DNA of 64,000 bases from contig OZ024741.1 in NCBI GenBank assembly GCA_964016885.1, positions 174,406,001 through 174,470,000 on the forward strand, given 5' to 3'. The notes under the pieces were generated by a model, which ran no database searches, was not told the origin of the DNA, and saw nothing but the letters and a program-made list of their open reading frames with translations. The position numbers were made by a program, and so were the translations under genes. The DNA is from Eledone cirrhosa (Eukaryota). Of this stretch, positions 24,701 through 41,346 are shown one piece after another. How positions within the stretch are numbered: position 1 is the stretch's first letter; each line of letters begins with the position of its first letter.

Positions 24701-27700
24701 CTATATACTCACAGCCAATGATTAACTATTCTGTATACACTCAGTCAGCAACGCACTACTCTATATACTCTCAGCCTGAAACTCACTACTCTATATACTC
24801 ACAGCCAGTGACTTACTATTCTATATACTCACAGCCAGTAACTCTCTACTCTATATACTCTCAGCCAGCAACTCACTAGTCGATATAGTCACAGCCAGCA
24901 ACTCTCTACTCGATATACTCCCAACCAGTGACTCACTACTCTATATACTCACAGCCAGCAACTCACTACTCTATATACTGACAGCCAGCAGCAAGTCACT
25001 ACTCTATATACTCACAGCCAACAACTCCCTACTCTGTATACTCACAGCCTGTAACTCATTACTCTATATACTAACAGCCTGTAACTCACTACTCTATATA
25101 CTCACAGCCAGCAACTCACTATTCTGTATACTAAGAGCCAATGATTCACTACTCTATATACTCACAGCTAGCAACTCACTACTCTATATACTCACAGCCT
25201 GTAACTCACTACTCCATATACTCACAGCCAGTAAATCACTAATCTATATACCCACAACCAGTGATTCACTACTCTGTATACTCACAGCCAATAATTCCCT
25301 ATTCTGTATACTCTCAGCCAGCATCTCACTACTCTATTTACTCAGAGCCAGTGACTTACTACTCTATATACTCACAGCCAGTAACTCTTTACTGTATATA
25401 CTCTCAGCCAGCAACTCACTACTCTATATACTCTCAGCCAGCAACTCATTACTCTATATTCTCTCAGCCAGCAACTCGCTACTCTATATATTCACAGGCA
25501 GCAACTCACTACACTGTATACTCACAGCCAGTGACTCATGACTCCATATACTCACAGCCGATGACTCACTACTTTGTATACTCTCAGCCAGCAACTCACT
25601 ACTCAATATACTCACAGCCAGTGACTCACTGCTCTATATACACACAGCCAGTGACTCACTATTCCATATACTCTCCACCAGCAACTCACTACTCTATATA
25701 CTCTCAGTCTGTAACTCACTACTCTATATACTCACAGCCAGTGACTTACTACTCTATATACTCACAGCCAGTAACTCACTACTCTATATACCCACAGCCA
25801 GCAACTCACTACTCTATATACTCAGAGCCAGCAACTCACTACTCGGTCTACTCACGTCCTGTAACTCACTACTCTATATACTCACAGTCTGTAACTCACT
25901 ACTCTATATACTCACAGCCAGCAACTCACTACTCTGTATACTCACAGCCAATTATTCACTACTCTATATACTCAGAGCCAGCAACTCACTATTCTGTAGA
26001 CTCACAGCCTGTAACTCACTACTCCATATACTCACAGCCAGCAACTCTCTACTCAATATACTCACAACCAGTGACTCACTACTCTGTATACTCACAGTCA
26101 ATGATTCCCTACTCTGTATACTCTCAGCCAGCAACTCACTACTCTATATACCTACAGCCAGTAACTCACTACTCTGTATACTCACAGCCAGTGACTCACG
26201 ACTCCATATACCCATAACCAATGACTCACTACTCTATATACTGCCAGCCATCAACTCACTACTCTATATACCCACAGCCAGTAACACACGACTCCATATA
26301 CTCACAGCCAATGATTCCCTACTCTGTATACTCACAGCCAGCAACTCACTACTATATATACTCACAGTGACTCACTACTCTGTATAATCACAGCCAATGA
26401 TTCCCTACTCTGTATACTCTCAGACAGCAACTCACTACTCTACATACTCACAGCCATTGACTTACTACTCTATATTCACAGCCAGTAACGCTCCACTCTA
26501 TATACTCTCAACCAGCAACTCCTTACTCTATATACTCTCAGCCTGTAATTCACTACTGTATATAATCACAGCCGGTGACTTACTAATCTATATACTCACA
26601 GCCAGTGAGTCTCTACTCTATATACTCACAGCTACTAACTCACTACTCCATATACTCTCAGCCAGCAACTAACTACTCCATATCCTCTCAGCCAACAACT
26701 CACTACTCTATATATTCACAGCCAGCAACTCACAACACTGTATACTCACAGCCAGTGACTCACAACTCCATATACTCACAGCCAATGACACGTTACTCTA
26801 TATACTCACAGCCAGTAATTCACTACTCTGTATACTCACAGCCAGAGACTCACGACTACATATACTCACAGCCAATGACTCACTATTCTATATACTCACG
26901 GCCAGCAACTCACTACTCTATATACTCACAGCCAGTGAATCACTGCTCTATATACTCACAGCCAATGATTCACTACTCTGTATACACTCAGCCAGCAACT
27001 CACTACTCTATATACTCTTAGCCTGTAACTCACTACTCTATATACTCACAGCCAGTGACTTACTACTCTATATACTCATAATGAGTACCTCTCTACTCTA
27101 TATACTCTCAGCCAGCAACTCACTACTCCATATAGTCACAGCCAGCAACTCACTAATCCATATACTAACAGCCTGTAACTCACTACTCTATATACTCACA
27201 GCCAGCAACTCACTACTCTGTATACTCACAGCCTCTAACTCACTACTCTATATACTCACAGCCAGTAACTCACTACTCTATATATGCACAACCAGTGACT
27301 CACTACTCTGTATACTCACAAACAATGATTCCCTATTCTGGATACTCTCAGCCAGCAACTCACTACTCTATTTACACAGAGCCAGTGACTTACTATTCTA
27401 TATACTCTCAGCCACCAACTCATTACTCTATATTCTCTCAGCCTGTAACTCACTACTCTATATACTCACAGCCAGTGACTTACTACTCACTACTGTATAT
27501 ACTCACAGCCAGTAACTCTCTACTCTATATATTGACAGCTAGTAACTCACTACTTCATATACTCACAGCCAGCAACTAACTACACCATATCCTCTCAGCC
27601 AGCAACTCACTACTCTATATATTCACAGCCAGCAACTCACTACACTGTATACTCACAGCCAGTGACTCATGACTCCATATACTCACAGCCAATGACTCAC

Positions 27701-30700
27701 TACTCTATATACTCACAGCCAGCAACTCACTACACTGTATAATCACAGCAAGTGACTCACTACTCTATATACTCTCAGCCAATGATTCACTACTCTGTAT
27801 ACTCTCAGCCATTGACTCACTATTCCAATTACTCTCAGCCAGCAACTTAATACTCTATATACTCTCAGCCTGTAACTCACTACACTGTATAATCACAGCA
27901 AGTGACTCACTACTCTATATACTCACAGCCAATGATTCACTACTCTGTATACTCTCAGCCAGCAACTGACTACTCTATTTACTCAGACCCAGTGACTTAC
28001 TACTCTATATACTCACAGCCAGTAACTCTCTACTCTATATACTCTCAGCCACCAACTAACTACTCTATATACTCTCAGCCAGCAATTTATTACTCTATAT
28101 TCTCTCAGCCTGTAACTCACTACTCTATATACTCACAGCCAGTGACTTACTACTCTATATACTCACAGCCAGTAACTCTCTACTCTATATATTCACAGCT
28201 AGTAACTCACTACTCCATATACTCACAGCCAGGAACTAACTACTCCATATCCTCTCAGCCAGCAACTTGCTACTCTATTTACTCAGAGCCAGTGAATTAC
28301 AACTCTATATACTCACAGCCAGTAACTCTCTACTCTATATACTCTCAGCCAGCAACTCACTACTCTATATACTCTCAGCCAGCAACTCATTACTCTATAT
28401 TCTCTCAGCTTGTAACTCACTACTCTATATACTCACAGCCAGTTACTTACTACTCTATATACTCACAGCCTGTAACTCTCTACTCTATATATTCACAGCT
28501 AGTAACTCACTACTCCATATACTCACAGCCACTGACTCACTACTTTATATACTCACAGCCAGCAACTCACTATTCTGTAGACTCACAGCCTGTAACTCAC
28601 TACTCCATATACTCACCGCCAGCAACTCTCTACTCTATATACTCACAACCAGTGACTCACTACTCTGTATACTCACAGCCAATGATTCCCTACTCTGTAT
28701 AGTCTCAGCCAGCAACTCACTACTCTATATACTCACAGCCAGCAACTCACTACTCGGTCTACTCACAGCCTGTAACTGACTACTCTATATACTCACAGCC
28801 AGCAACTCACTACTCTATATACTCACAGCCAGCAACTCACTACTCTGTATACTCACAGTCAGTGACTCACTACTCTGTATACTCACAGCTAGCAACTCAC
28901 TACTCCATATACTCACAGCCACTGACTCACTACTTTATATACTCACAGCCAGCAACTCACTACTCTATATACTCACAGCCAGCAAGTCACTACTCTATGT
29001 ACTCACAGCCAGCAACTCACTACTCTGTATACTCACAGCCAATGATTCACTACTCTATATACTCACAGCCAGCAACTCACTATTCTGTAGACTCACAGGC
29101 TGTAACTCACTACACCATATACTCACCGCCACCAACTCTCTACTCTATATACTCATAACCAGTGACTCACTACTCTGTATACTCACAGCCAATGATTCCC
29201 TACTCTGTATAGTCTCAGCCAGCAACTCACTACTATATATACTCACAGCCAGCAACTCACTACTCGATCTACTCACAGCCTGTAACTGACTACTCTATAT
29301 ACTCACAGCCAGCAACTCACTACTCTATATACTCACAGCCAGTGACTCACAACTCCATATACTCACAGCCAATGACTCACTACTCTATATACTCACAGCC
29401 AGTAACTCACTACTCTGTATACTCACAGCCAGTGACTCACAACTCCATATACTAACAGCCAATGACTCACTACTCTATATACTCACAGCCAGCAACTCAC
29501 TATTCTATATACTCACAGCCAATGATTCACTATTCTGTATAGACTCAGCCAACAACTCACTACTCTATATACTCTCAGCCTGTAACTCACTACTCTATAT
29601 ACTCACAGGAAGTGACATACTACTCTATATACTCACAGCCAGTAACTCTCTACTCTATATACTCACAGCCAGCAATTCACTACTCTATATACTCTCAGCC
29701 AGCAACTCATTACTCTATATTCTCTCAGCCTGTAACTCATTACTCTATATACTCACAGCCAGTGACTTACTACTCTATATACTCACAGCCTGTAACTCTC
29801 TACTCTATATATTCACGGCTAGTAACTCACTACTCCATATACTCAGAGCCAGCAACTAACTACTCCATATCCTCTCAGACAGCAACTCGCTACTCTAAAT
29901 ATTCACAGCCAGCAACTCACTACACTGTATACTCACAGCCAATGACTCATGACTCCATATACTCACAGCCGATGACTCACTACTCTATATAGTCACAGCG
30001 AGCAACTCACTACTCTGTATACTCACAGCAATTGACTCACTACTCTATATACTCACAGCCAATGATTCACTACTCTGTATACTCTCAGCCAACAACTCAC
30101 TACTCTACATACTCACATCCAGCAACTCACTACTCCATATACTCTCAGCCAGCACCTCACTACTCTATATACTCACAGCCAGCAACTCTCTACTCTATAT
30201 ACTCACAACCAGTGAATGACTACTCTGTATACTCACGGCCAATGATTCCCTAATCTGTATACTCTCAGCCAGCAACTCACTACTCTATATACCCACAGCC
30301 AGCAACTCACGACTCTGTATACTCACAGTCAGTGACTCACTATTCTATATATTCACAGCAAGCAACTAATAACTCTGTATACTCACAGCCGGTAACTCAT
30401 TAATCTATATACTCACAGCCTGTAACTCACTACTCTATATACTCACAGCCAGTGACTCACTGCTCTGTATACTCACAGCCATCAACTCACTACTCTGTAT
30501 ACTCACAGCCAATGATTCACTACTCTATATACTCCCAGCCAGCAACTCACTACTCTGTATACTCACAGCGAGTGACTCACTACTCTATATACTCACAGCC
30601 AATGATTAACTACTCTGTATACACTCAGTCAGCAACGCACTACTCTATATACTCTCAGCCTGAAACTCACTACTCTATATACTCACAGCCAGTGACTTAC

Positions 30701-33700
30701 TATTCTATATACTCACAGCCAGCAACTCTCTACTCTATATACTCTCAGCCAGCAACTCACTAGTCGATATAGTCACAGCCAGCAACTCACTACTCGATAT
30801 ACTCCCAACCAGTGACTCACTACTCTATATAGTCACAGCCAGTAACGCTCTACTCTATATACTCTCAGCCAGCAACTCATTACTCTAGATACTCTTAGTC
30901 TGTAACTCACTACTGTATATACTCTCAGTCAATGACTTACTACTCTATATACTCACAGCCAGTGACTCTCTACTCTATATACTCACAGCTAGTAACTCAC
31001 TACACCATATACTCACAGCCAGCAACTAACTACTCCATATCCTCTCAGCCAGCAACTCACTACACTGTATACTCACAGACAGTGACTCACGACTCCATAT
31101 ACTCAAAGCCAATGACTCACTACTCGATATACTCACAGCCAGTAACTCACTACTCTGTATACTCACATCCAGTGACTCACTGCTCTATATACTCACAGCC
31201 AATGATTCACTACTCTGTATACACTCAGCCAGCAACTCACTACTCTATATATGCTTTCAGTCTGTAACTCACTACTCTATATACTCACAGCCAGTGACTT
31301 ACTACTCTATATACTCACAGCCAGTAACTCTCTACTCTATATACTCACAGCCAGCAACTCACTACTCTGTATACTCACAGCCTGTAACTCACTACACCAT
31401 ATACTCACAGCCAGTAACTCACTACTCTATATACGCACAAGCAGTGACTCACTACTCTGTATACTCACAGCCAATGATTCCCTATTCTGTATACTCTCAG
31501 CCAGCAACTCACTACTCTATTTACTCAGAGCCAGTGACTTACTACTCAATATACTCACAGCCAGTGATTCTCGACCCCATATACGCTCAGCCAGCAACTC
31601 ACTACTCTATATACTCTCAGCCAGCAACTCATTACTCTATATTCTCTCAGCCTGTAACTCACTACTCTATATACGCACAGCCAGTGACTTACTACTATAT
31701 ATACTCACAGCTTGTAACTCTCTACTCTATATATTCACAGCTAGTAACTAACTACTCCATATACTCAGAGCCAGCAACGAACTACTCCATATCCTCTCAG
31801 ACAGCAACTTGCTACTCTATATATTCACAGCCAGCAACTCACTACACTGTATACTCACAGCCAGTGACTTACTACTCTATATACTCACAGCTAGTAACTC
31901 ACAGCTAGTAACTCGCTAGTAACTCGCTACTCCATATTCTCACAGCCAGCAACTAACTACTCTGTATACTCACAGCCAGTGACTTACTACTCTATATACT
32001 CACAGCTAGTAACTCGCTACTCCATATTCTTACAGCCAGCAACTAACTGCTCCTTATCCTCTCAGCCAGCAACTCACTACTCTATATATTCACAGCCAGC
32101 AACTCACTACACTGTATACTCACAGCCAGTTACTTACGACTACATAAACTCACAGCCAATGACTCACTACTCTATATACTCACAGCCAGCAACTCAATAC
32201 TCTGTATACTCACAGCCAGTGATTCACGTCTCCATATAATCACAGCCAGCAACTCACTATTCTATATACTCACAGCGAGTGACTCACTGCTATATATACT
32301 CACAGCCAATGATTCACTACTCTGTATACTCTCAGCCAGCACCTCACTACTCTATATACTCTCAGCCTGTAACTCACTACTCTATATACTCACAGCCAGT
32401 AACTCTCTACTCTATATACTCTCAGCCAGCAACTCACTACTCCATATAGTCACAGCCAGCAACTCACTACTCCATATACTCACAGCCAGCAACTCACTAC
32501 ACTGTATACTCACAGCCTGTAACTCATTACTCTATATACTCACAGCCTGTAACTGACTACTCTATATACTCACAGCCAGCAACTCACTGCTCTGTATACT
32601 CACAGCCTGTAACTCTCTACTCCATATAATCACAGCCAGTAACTCTCTACTCTATATACACACAAGCAGTGACTCACTACTCTGTATACTCACAGCCAAT
32701 GATTCCCTATTCTGTATACTCTCAGCCAGCAACTCACTACTCTATTTACTCAGAGCCAGTGACTTACTACTCAATATACTCACAGCCAGTGATTCTCTAC
32801 CCCATATACGCTCAGCCAGCAACTCACTACTCTATATACTCTCAACCAGCAACTCATTACTCTATATTCTCTCAACCTGTAACTCACTACTCTATATACT
32901 CACAGCCAGTGACTTACTACTCTATATACTCACAGCTTGTAACTCTCTACTCTATATATTCACAGCTAGTAACTAACTACTCCATATACTCAGAGCCAGC
33001 AACTAACTACTCCATATCCTCTCAGACAGCAACTTGCTACTCTATATATTCACAGCCAGCAACTCACTACACTGTATACTCACAGCCAATTACTTACGAC
33101 TACATAAACTCACAGCCAATGACTCACTACTCTATATACTCACAGCCAGCAACTCAATACTCTGTATACTCACAGCCAGTGATTCACGACTCCATATACT
33201 CACAGCCAGCAACTCACTACTCTATATACTCACAGCGAGTGACTCACTGCTCTATATACTCACAGCCAATGATTCACTACTCTGTATACTCTCAGCCAGC
33301 ACCTCACTACTCTATATACTCTCAGCCTGTAACTCACTACTCTATATACTCACAGCCAGTGACTTACTACTCTATATACTCACAGCCAGTAACTCTCTAC
33401 TCTATATACTCTCAGCAGCAACTCACTACTCCATATAGTCACAGCCAGCAACTCAATACTCCATATACTCACAGCCAGCAACTCACTACACTGTATACTC
33501 ACAGCCTGTAACTCATTACTCTATATACTCACAGCCTGTAACTCACTACTCTATATACTCACAGCCACCAACTCACTGCTCTGTATACTCACAGCCAATG
33601 ATTCACAACTCTATATACTCACAGCCAGCAACTCACTGCTCTGTATACTCACAGCCTGTAACTCTCTACTCCATATAATCACAGCCAGTAACTCACTACT

Positions 33701-34424
33701 CTATATACTCACAACCAGTGACTCACTACTCTATATATTCACAGCCAATGATTCCCTACTCTGTATACTCTCAGCCAGCAACTCACTAGTCTATTTAATC
33801 ATAGCCTGTAATTCACTACTCTATATACTCAGAGCCACTAACTCACTACTCTGTATACTCACAGCCAATGATTCAATACTCTATATACTCACAGCCAGCA
33901 ACTCACTACTCTGTATACTCACAGCCAATGATTCCCTACTCTGTATACTCTCAGCCAGCAACTCACTACTCTATATACTCACTACTCCATATACTCAGCC
34001 AGCAACTTACTACTCTATATACTCACAGCCAGCAACTCACTACTCTATATACTCACAGCCAGTGACTTACTACTCTATACACTCACAGCCAGTAACTCTC
34101 TACTCTATATACTCACAGCCAGCAACTCACTAATCTATATACTCACAGCCAGCAAATCACTACTCTATATACTCACAACCAGTGACTCACTACTCTGTAT
34201 ACTCACAGCCAGGGATTCAATACTCTATATACTCACAGCCAGCAACTCACTACTCTATATACTCACAGCCATTGACTTACTAATCTATATATTCACAGCC
34301 AGTAACTCTCTACTCTATATACTCACAGCCGGTGATTCAATACTCTATATACTCACAGCCAGTAAATCACTACTCTATATACTCACAGCCAGTGCCTCAC
34401 TGTTTTATATACTCACAGCAAGCC

Positions 34425-35164
34425 AAGATCTTGAGCCCACTTATTTCAAACCATACTTCTCTGCAGCATGTAACAGAAGAATTCACCTGCACCTTCATTA
34501 CAGACGGGGTCACCTGTTTCTGTGTCCCAGATGGCATCTTATCAGACCATGGACCTCAATTCCCCTCAAATCTGTGGAATGACATGTGTGGGCTCTTTGG
34601 CATCAACATGAAACACACAAAAGCCTTTCCCCAGCAGAGGCTGTAATAAGCATGTCCCACCGACCCTTGATGATTAACTGTTGCCAAAGAACCAATTAAC
34701 TACATAACAATCAACAGTTCTAAGGGGGAGCTATGTAGAACATTACCTTTGAGCTTATAAAAGATAAACTATTAACTGTGTTCATTTACTGCAAACTTGG
34801 TGTTTGACTCTGCAGTGGGAAATTTTCCCAGTGGCCTTTACAGTATGTCTGGACTTCAGAGGTTGTTCTTTCTTTCTTACATCTGTAAATGTTTGTTGTT
34901 GAATAAATAATAATCCAACAAATCACTGTTTGCTGTTAACCTTATTATGAATATAGTGTAACAAAGCTGTGCTAGTACTGTAAACCATGCAAATAAAATT
35001 AAGAACTCATTATTATCTAACTGTTTTGATACCAAAACAACATGAACTGTCCTTAGTTTTATGATACAAAACTGTTCATCCTTATATTGAAACTTTCCAT
35101 CATAATTTTATCATAATTTTATGTAAGAACATTTTGTTTCTAACATCAGCTTAACTTCAAAAAC
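34425..35164. repeat. Cassette copy 1 (Gypsy integrase remnant + exon-like segment + truncated MITE)
   Basis: Starts aagatcttga and ends aaaaac|agcctgtaactc. Carries an 11-bp duplication (cataattttat x2). Confidence 0.95.
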
Positions 35165-37496
35165 AGCCTGTAACTCACTACTCTATATACTCACAGCCTG
35201 TAACTCACTACTCTATATACTCACAGCCTGTAACTCACTACTCTATATACTCAGAGCCAGCAACTCACTACTCTGTATACTCACAGCCTATGATTCACTA
35301 CTCTATATACTCACAGCCAGCAACTCACTACTCTGTATACTCACAGTCAATGATTCCCTACTCCATATACTCACAGCCAACAACTTACTACTCTATATAC
35401 TCACAGCCAGCATCTCACTACTCTGTATACTCACAGCCTGCAACTCATTACTCTATATACTCACAGCCAGCAGCAACTCACTACTCTATATACTCACAGC
35501 CAGCAACTCATTACTCTATATACTCACAGCCTGTAAGTCACTACTCTATATACTCACAGCCAACAACTCACTACACTGTATACTCACAGCCAATTTTTCA
35601 CTATATATACTCACAGCCAGCAACTCACTACTCTGTATACTCACAGCCTGTAACCTACTAATCCATATACTCACAGCCAGCAACTCACTACTCTATATAC
35701 TCACAACCAGTGACTCACTAATCTGTATACTCATAGCCTATGATTCACTACTCTGTATACTCTCAGCCAGCAATTAACTACTTTATATACTCACAGCCAG
35801 TGACTTACTACTCTATATACTCACAGCCAGTAACGCTCTAATCTATATACTCTCAGCCAGCAACTCACTACTCTATATACTCTCAGCCAGCAACTCATTA
35901 CTCTATATACTCTCAGCCTGTAACTCACTACTCTATATACTCACAGCCAGTAACTTACTACTCTATATACTCACAGCCATCAACTCACTACTCTGTATAC
36001 TCACAGCCAATGATTCACTACTCTATATACTCACAGCCAGCAACTCACTACTCTGTATACTCACAGCCAGTGACTTACTACTCTATATACTCACAGCTAG
36101 TAACTCCCTACTCCATATTCTCACAGCCAGCAACTAACTTCTCCTTATCCTCTCAGCCAGCAACTCACTACTCTGTATAATCACAACCAGTTACTCACGA
36201 CTCCATATACTCGCAGCCAATGACTCACTACTCTATATACCCACAGCCAGCAACTCAATACTCTGTATACTCACAGCCAGTGATTCACGACTCCATATAC
36301 TCACAGCCAGCAACTCACTACTCTATATACTCACAGTGAGTGACTCACTGCTCTATGTACTCACAGCCAATGATTCACTACTCTGTATACTCTCAGCCAG
36401 CACCTTACTACTCTATATACTCTCAGCCAGTGACTTACTACACTATATACTCACAGCCAGTAACTCTCTACTCCATATACTCACAGCCAGCAACTCACTA
36501 CTCTGTATACACACAGCCTGTAACTCATTACTCTATATACTCACAGCCTGCAACTCACTACTCTATATACTCACAGCCAGCAACTCACTACTCTGCATAC
36601 TCACAGCCAATGATTCACAAATCTATATACTCACAGCCAGCAACTCACTGCTCTGTATACTCACAGACTGTAACTCACTACTCCATATAATCACAGCCAG
36701 TAACTCACTACTCTATATACTCACAACCAGTGACTCACTACTCTATATATTCACAGCCAATGATTGCCTACTCTGTATACTCTCAGCCAGCAACTCACTA
36801 GTCTATTTTCTCATAGCCTGTAACTCACTACTCTATATACTCAGAGCCAGCAACTCACTACTCTGTATACTCACAGCCGATGATTCACTACTCTATATAC
36901 TCACAGCCAGCAACTCACTACTCTGTATACTCGCAGCCAATGATTCCCTACTCTGTATACTCTCAGCCAGCAACTCACTACTCTATATACTCACTACTCC
37001 ATATACTCAGCCAGCAACTTACTACTCTATATACTCACAGCCAGCAGCTCAGTGCTCTATATACTCACAGCCAGTGACTTACTACTCTATACTCTCACAA
37101 CCAGTAACTCTCTACTCTATATACTCACAGCCAGCAACTCACTAATCTATATACTCACAGCCAGCAACTCACTACTCTATATACTCACAGTCAGTAACTC
37201 ACTACTCCATATACTCACAGCCATGAACTCACTACTCTATATACTCAGAACCAGTGACTCACTACTCTGTATACTCATAGCCAGTGATTCAATACTCTAT
37301 ATACTCACAGCCAGCAACTCACTACTCTATATACTCACAGCCAGTGACTTACTACTCTATATATTCACAGCCAGTAACTCTCTACTCTATATACTCACAG
37401 CCAGTGATTCAATACTCTATATACTCACAGCCAGTAAATCACTACTCTATATACTCACAGCCAGTGCCTCACTGTTTTATATACTCACAGCAAGCC

Positions 37497-38225
37497 AAGA
37501 TCTTGATCCCACTTATTTCAAACCATACTTCTCTGCAGCATGTAACAGAAGAATTCACCTGCACCTTCATTACAGACGTGGTCACCTGTTTCTGTGTCCC
37601 AGATGGAATCTTATCAGACCATGGACCTCAATTCACCTCAAAGCTGTGAAATGACATGTGTGGGCTCTTTGGCATCAACATGAAACACACAAAAGCCTTT
37701 CCCCAGCAGAGGCTGTCATAAGCATGTCCCACCTACCCTTGATGATTAACAGTTGTCAAAGAACCAATTAACTACACAACAATCAACAGTTCTAAGGGGG
37801 AGCTATGTAGAACATTACCTTTGAGCTTATAAAAGATAAACTGTTAACTGTGTTCATTTACTGCAAACTTGGTGTTTGACTCTGCAGTGGGAAATTTTCC
37901 CAGTGGGCTTTACAGTATGTCTGGACTTCAGAGGTTGTTCTTTCTTTCTTACATCTGTCAATGTTTGTTGTTGAATAAATAATAATCCAACAAATCACTG
38001 TTTGGTGTTAACCTTATTATGAATATAGTTTAACAAAGCTATGCTAGTACTGTAAACCATGCAAATAAAATTAAGAACTCATTATTTTCTAACTGTTTTG
38101 ATACCAAAACAACATAAACTGTCCTTAGTTTTATGATACAAAACTGTTCATTCTTATATTGAAACTTTCCATCAAAATTTTATGTAAGAACATTTATTTT
38201 CTAACATCAGCTTAGCTTGAAAAAC
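37497..38225. repeat. Cassette copy 2
   Basis: Same junctions. TGA stop in the integrase frame. Confidence 0.95.
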
Positions 38226-40617
38226 AGCCTGTAACTCACTACTCTATATACTCACAGCCTGTAACTCACTACTCTATATACTCAGAGCCAGCAACTCATT
38301 ACTCTATATACTCACAGCCAGCATCTCACTACTCTATATACTCACAGCCAGCAACTCATTACTCTATATACTCACAGCCTGTAAGTCACTACTCTATATA
38401 CTCACAGCCAACAACTCACTACACTGTATACTCACAACCTATGATTCACTACTCTATATACTCACAGCCAGCAACTCACTACTCTGTATACTCACAGTCA
38501 ATGATTCCCTACTCCATATACTCACAGCCAACAACTTACTACTCTATATACTCACAGCCAGCATCTCACTACTCTGTATACTCACAGCCTGCAACTCATT
38601 ACTCTATATACTCACAGCCAGCATCTCACTACTCTATATACTCACAGCCAGCAACTCATTACTCTATATACTCACAGCCTGTAAGTCACTACTCTATATA
38701 CTCACAGCCAACAACTCACTACACTGTATACTCACAGCCAATTTTTCACTACTCTATATACTCACAGCCAGCAACTCACTACTCTGTATACTCACAGCCT
38801 GTAACCTACTACTCCATATACTCACAGCCAGCAACTCACTACTCTATATACTCACAACCAGTGACTCACTAATCTGTTTACTCATAGCCTATGATTCACT
38901 ACTCTGTATACTCTCAGCCAGCAATTAACTACTTTATATACTCACAGCCAGTAACGCTCTAATCTATATACTCTCAGCCAGCAACTCACTACTCTATATA
39001 CTCTCAGCCAGCAACTCATTACTCTATATACTCTCAGCCTGTAACTCACTACTCTATATACTCACAGCCAGTAACTTACTACTCTATATACTCACAGCCA
39101 TCAACTCACTACTCTGTATACTCACAGCCAATGATTCACTACTCTATATACTCACAGCCAGCAACTCACTACTCTGTATACTCACAGCCAGTGACTTACT
39201 ACTCTATATACTCACAGCTAGTAACTCCCTACTCCATATTCTCACAGCCAGCAACTAACTTCTCCTTATCCTCTCAGCCAGCAACTCACTACTCTGTATA
39301 ATCACAACCAGTTACTCACGACTCCATATACTCGCAGCCAATGACTCACTACTCTATATACCCACAGCCAGCAACTCAATACTCTGTATACTCACAGCCA
39401 GTGATTCACGACTCCATATACTCACAGCCAGCAACTCACTACTCTATATACTCACAGTGAGTGACTCACTGCTCTATGTACTCACAGCCAATGATTCACT
39501 ACTCTGTATACTCTCAGCCAGCACCTTACTACTCTATATACTCTCAGCCAGTGACTTACTACACTATATACTCACAGCCAGTAACTCTCTACTCCATATA
39601 CTCACAGCCAGCAACTCACTACTCTGTATACACACAGCCTGTAACTCATTACTCTATATACTCACAGCCTGCAACTCACTACTCTATATACTCACAGCCA
39701 GCAACTCACTACTCTGCATACTCACAGCCAATGATTCACAAATCTATATACTCACAGCCAGCAACTCACTGCTCTGTATACTCACAGACTGTAACTCACT
39801 ACTCCATATAATCACAGCCAGTAACTCACTACTCTATATACTCACAACCAGTGACTCACTACTCTATATATTCACAGCCAATGATTGCCTACTCTGTATA
39901 CTCTCAGCCAGCAACTCACTAGTCTATTTTCTCATAGCCTGTAACTCACTACTCTATATACTCAGAGCCAGCAACTCACTACTCTGTATACTCACAGCCG
40001 ATGATTCACTACTCTATATACTCACAGCCAGCAACTCACTACTCTGTATACTCGCAGCCAATGATTCCCTACTCTGTATACTCTCAGCCAGCAACTCACT
40101 ACTCTATATACTCACTACTCCATATACTCAGCCAGCAACTTACTACTCTATATACTCACAGCCAGCAGCTCAGTGCTCTATATACTCACAGCCAGTGACT
40201 TACTACTCTATACTCTCACAACCAGTAACTCTCTACTCTATATACTCACAGCCAGCAACTCACTAATCTATATACTCACAGCCAGCAACTCACTACTCTA
40301 TATACTCACAGTCAGTAACTCACTACTCCATATACTCACAGCCATGAACTCACTACTCTATATACTCAGAACCAGTGACTCACTACTCTGTATACTCATA
40401 GCCAGTGATTCAATACTCTATATACTCACAGCCAGCAACTCACTACTCTATATACTCACAGCCAGTGACTTACTACTCTATATATTCACAGCCAGTAACT
40501 CTCTACTCTATATACTCACAGCCAGTGATTCAATACTCTATATACTCACAGCCAGTAAATCACTACTCTATATACTCACAGCCAGTGCCTCACTGTTTTA
40601 TATACTCACAGCAAGCC

Positions 40618-41346
40618 AAGATCTTGATCCCACTTATTTCAAACCATACTTCTCTGCAGCATGTAACAGAAGAATTCACCTGCACCTTCATTACAGACGT
40701 GGTCACCTGTTTCTGTGTCCCAGATGGAATCTTATCAGACCATGGACCTCAATTCACCTCAAAGCTGTGAAATGACATGTGTGGGCTCTTTGGCATCAAC
40801 ATGAAACACACAAAAGCCTTTCCCCAGCAGAGGCTGTCATAAGCATGTCCCACCTACCCTTGATGATTAACAGTTGTCAAAGAACCAATTAACTACACAA
40901 CAATCAACAGTTCTAAGGGGGAGCTATGTAGAACATTACCTTTGAGCTTATAAAAGATAAACTGTTAACTGTGTTCATTTACTGCAAACTTGGTGTTTGA
41001 CTCTGCAGTGGGAAATTTTCCCAGTGGGCTTTACAGTATGTCTGGACTTCAGAGGTTGTTCTTTCTTTCTTACATCTGTCAATGTTTGTTGTTGAATAAA
41101 TAATAATCCAACAAATCACTGTTTGGTGTTAACCTTATTATGAATATAGTTTAACAAAGCTATGCTAGTACTGTAAACCATGCAAATAAAATTAAGAACT
41201 CATTATTTTCTAACTGTTTTGATACCAAAACAACATAAACTGTCCTTAGTTTTATGATACAAAACTGTTCATTCTTATATTGAAACTTTCCATCAAAATT
41301 TTATGTAAGAACATTTATTTTCTAACATCAGCTTAGCTTGAAAAAC
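40618..41346. repeat. Cassette copy 3
   Basis: Apparently identical to copy 2, 3121 bp downstream. Confidence 0.95.
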
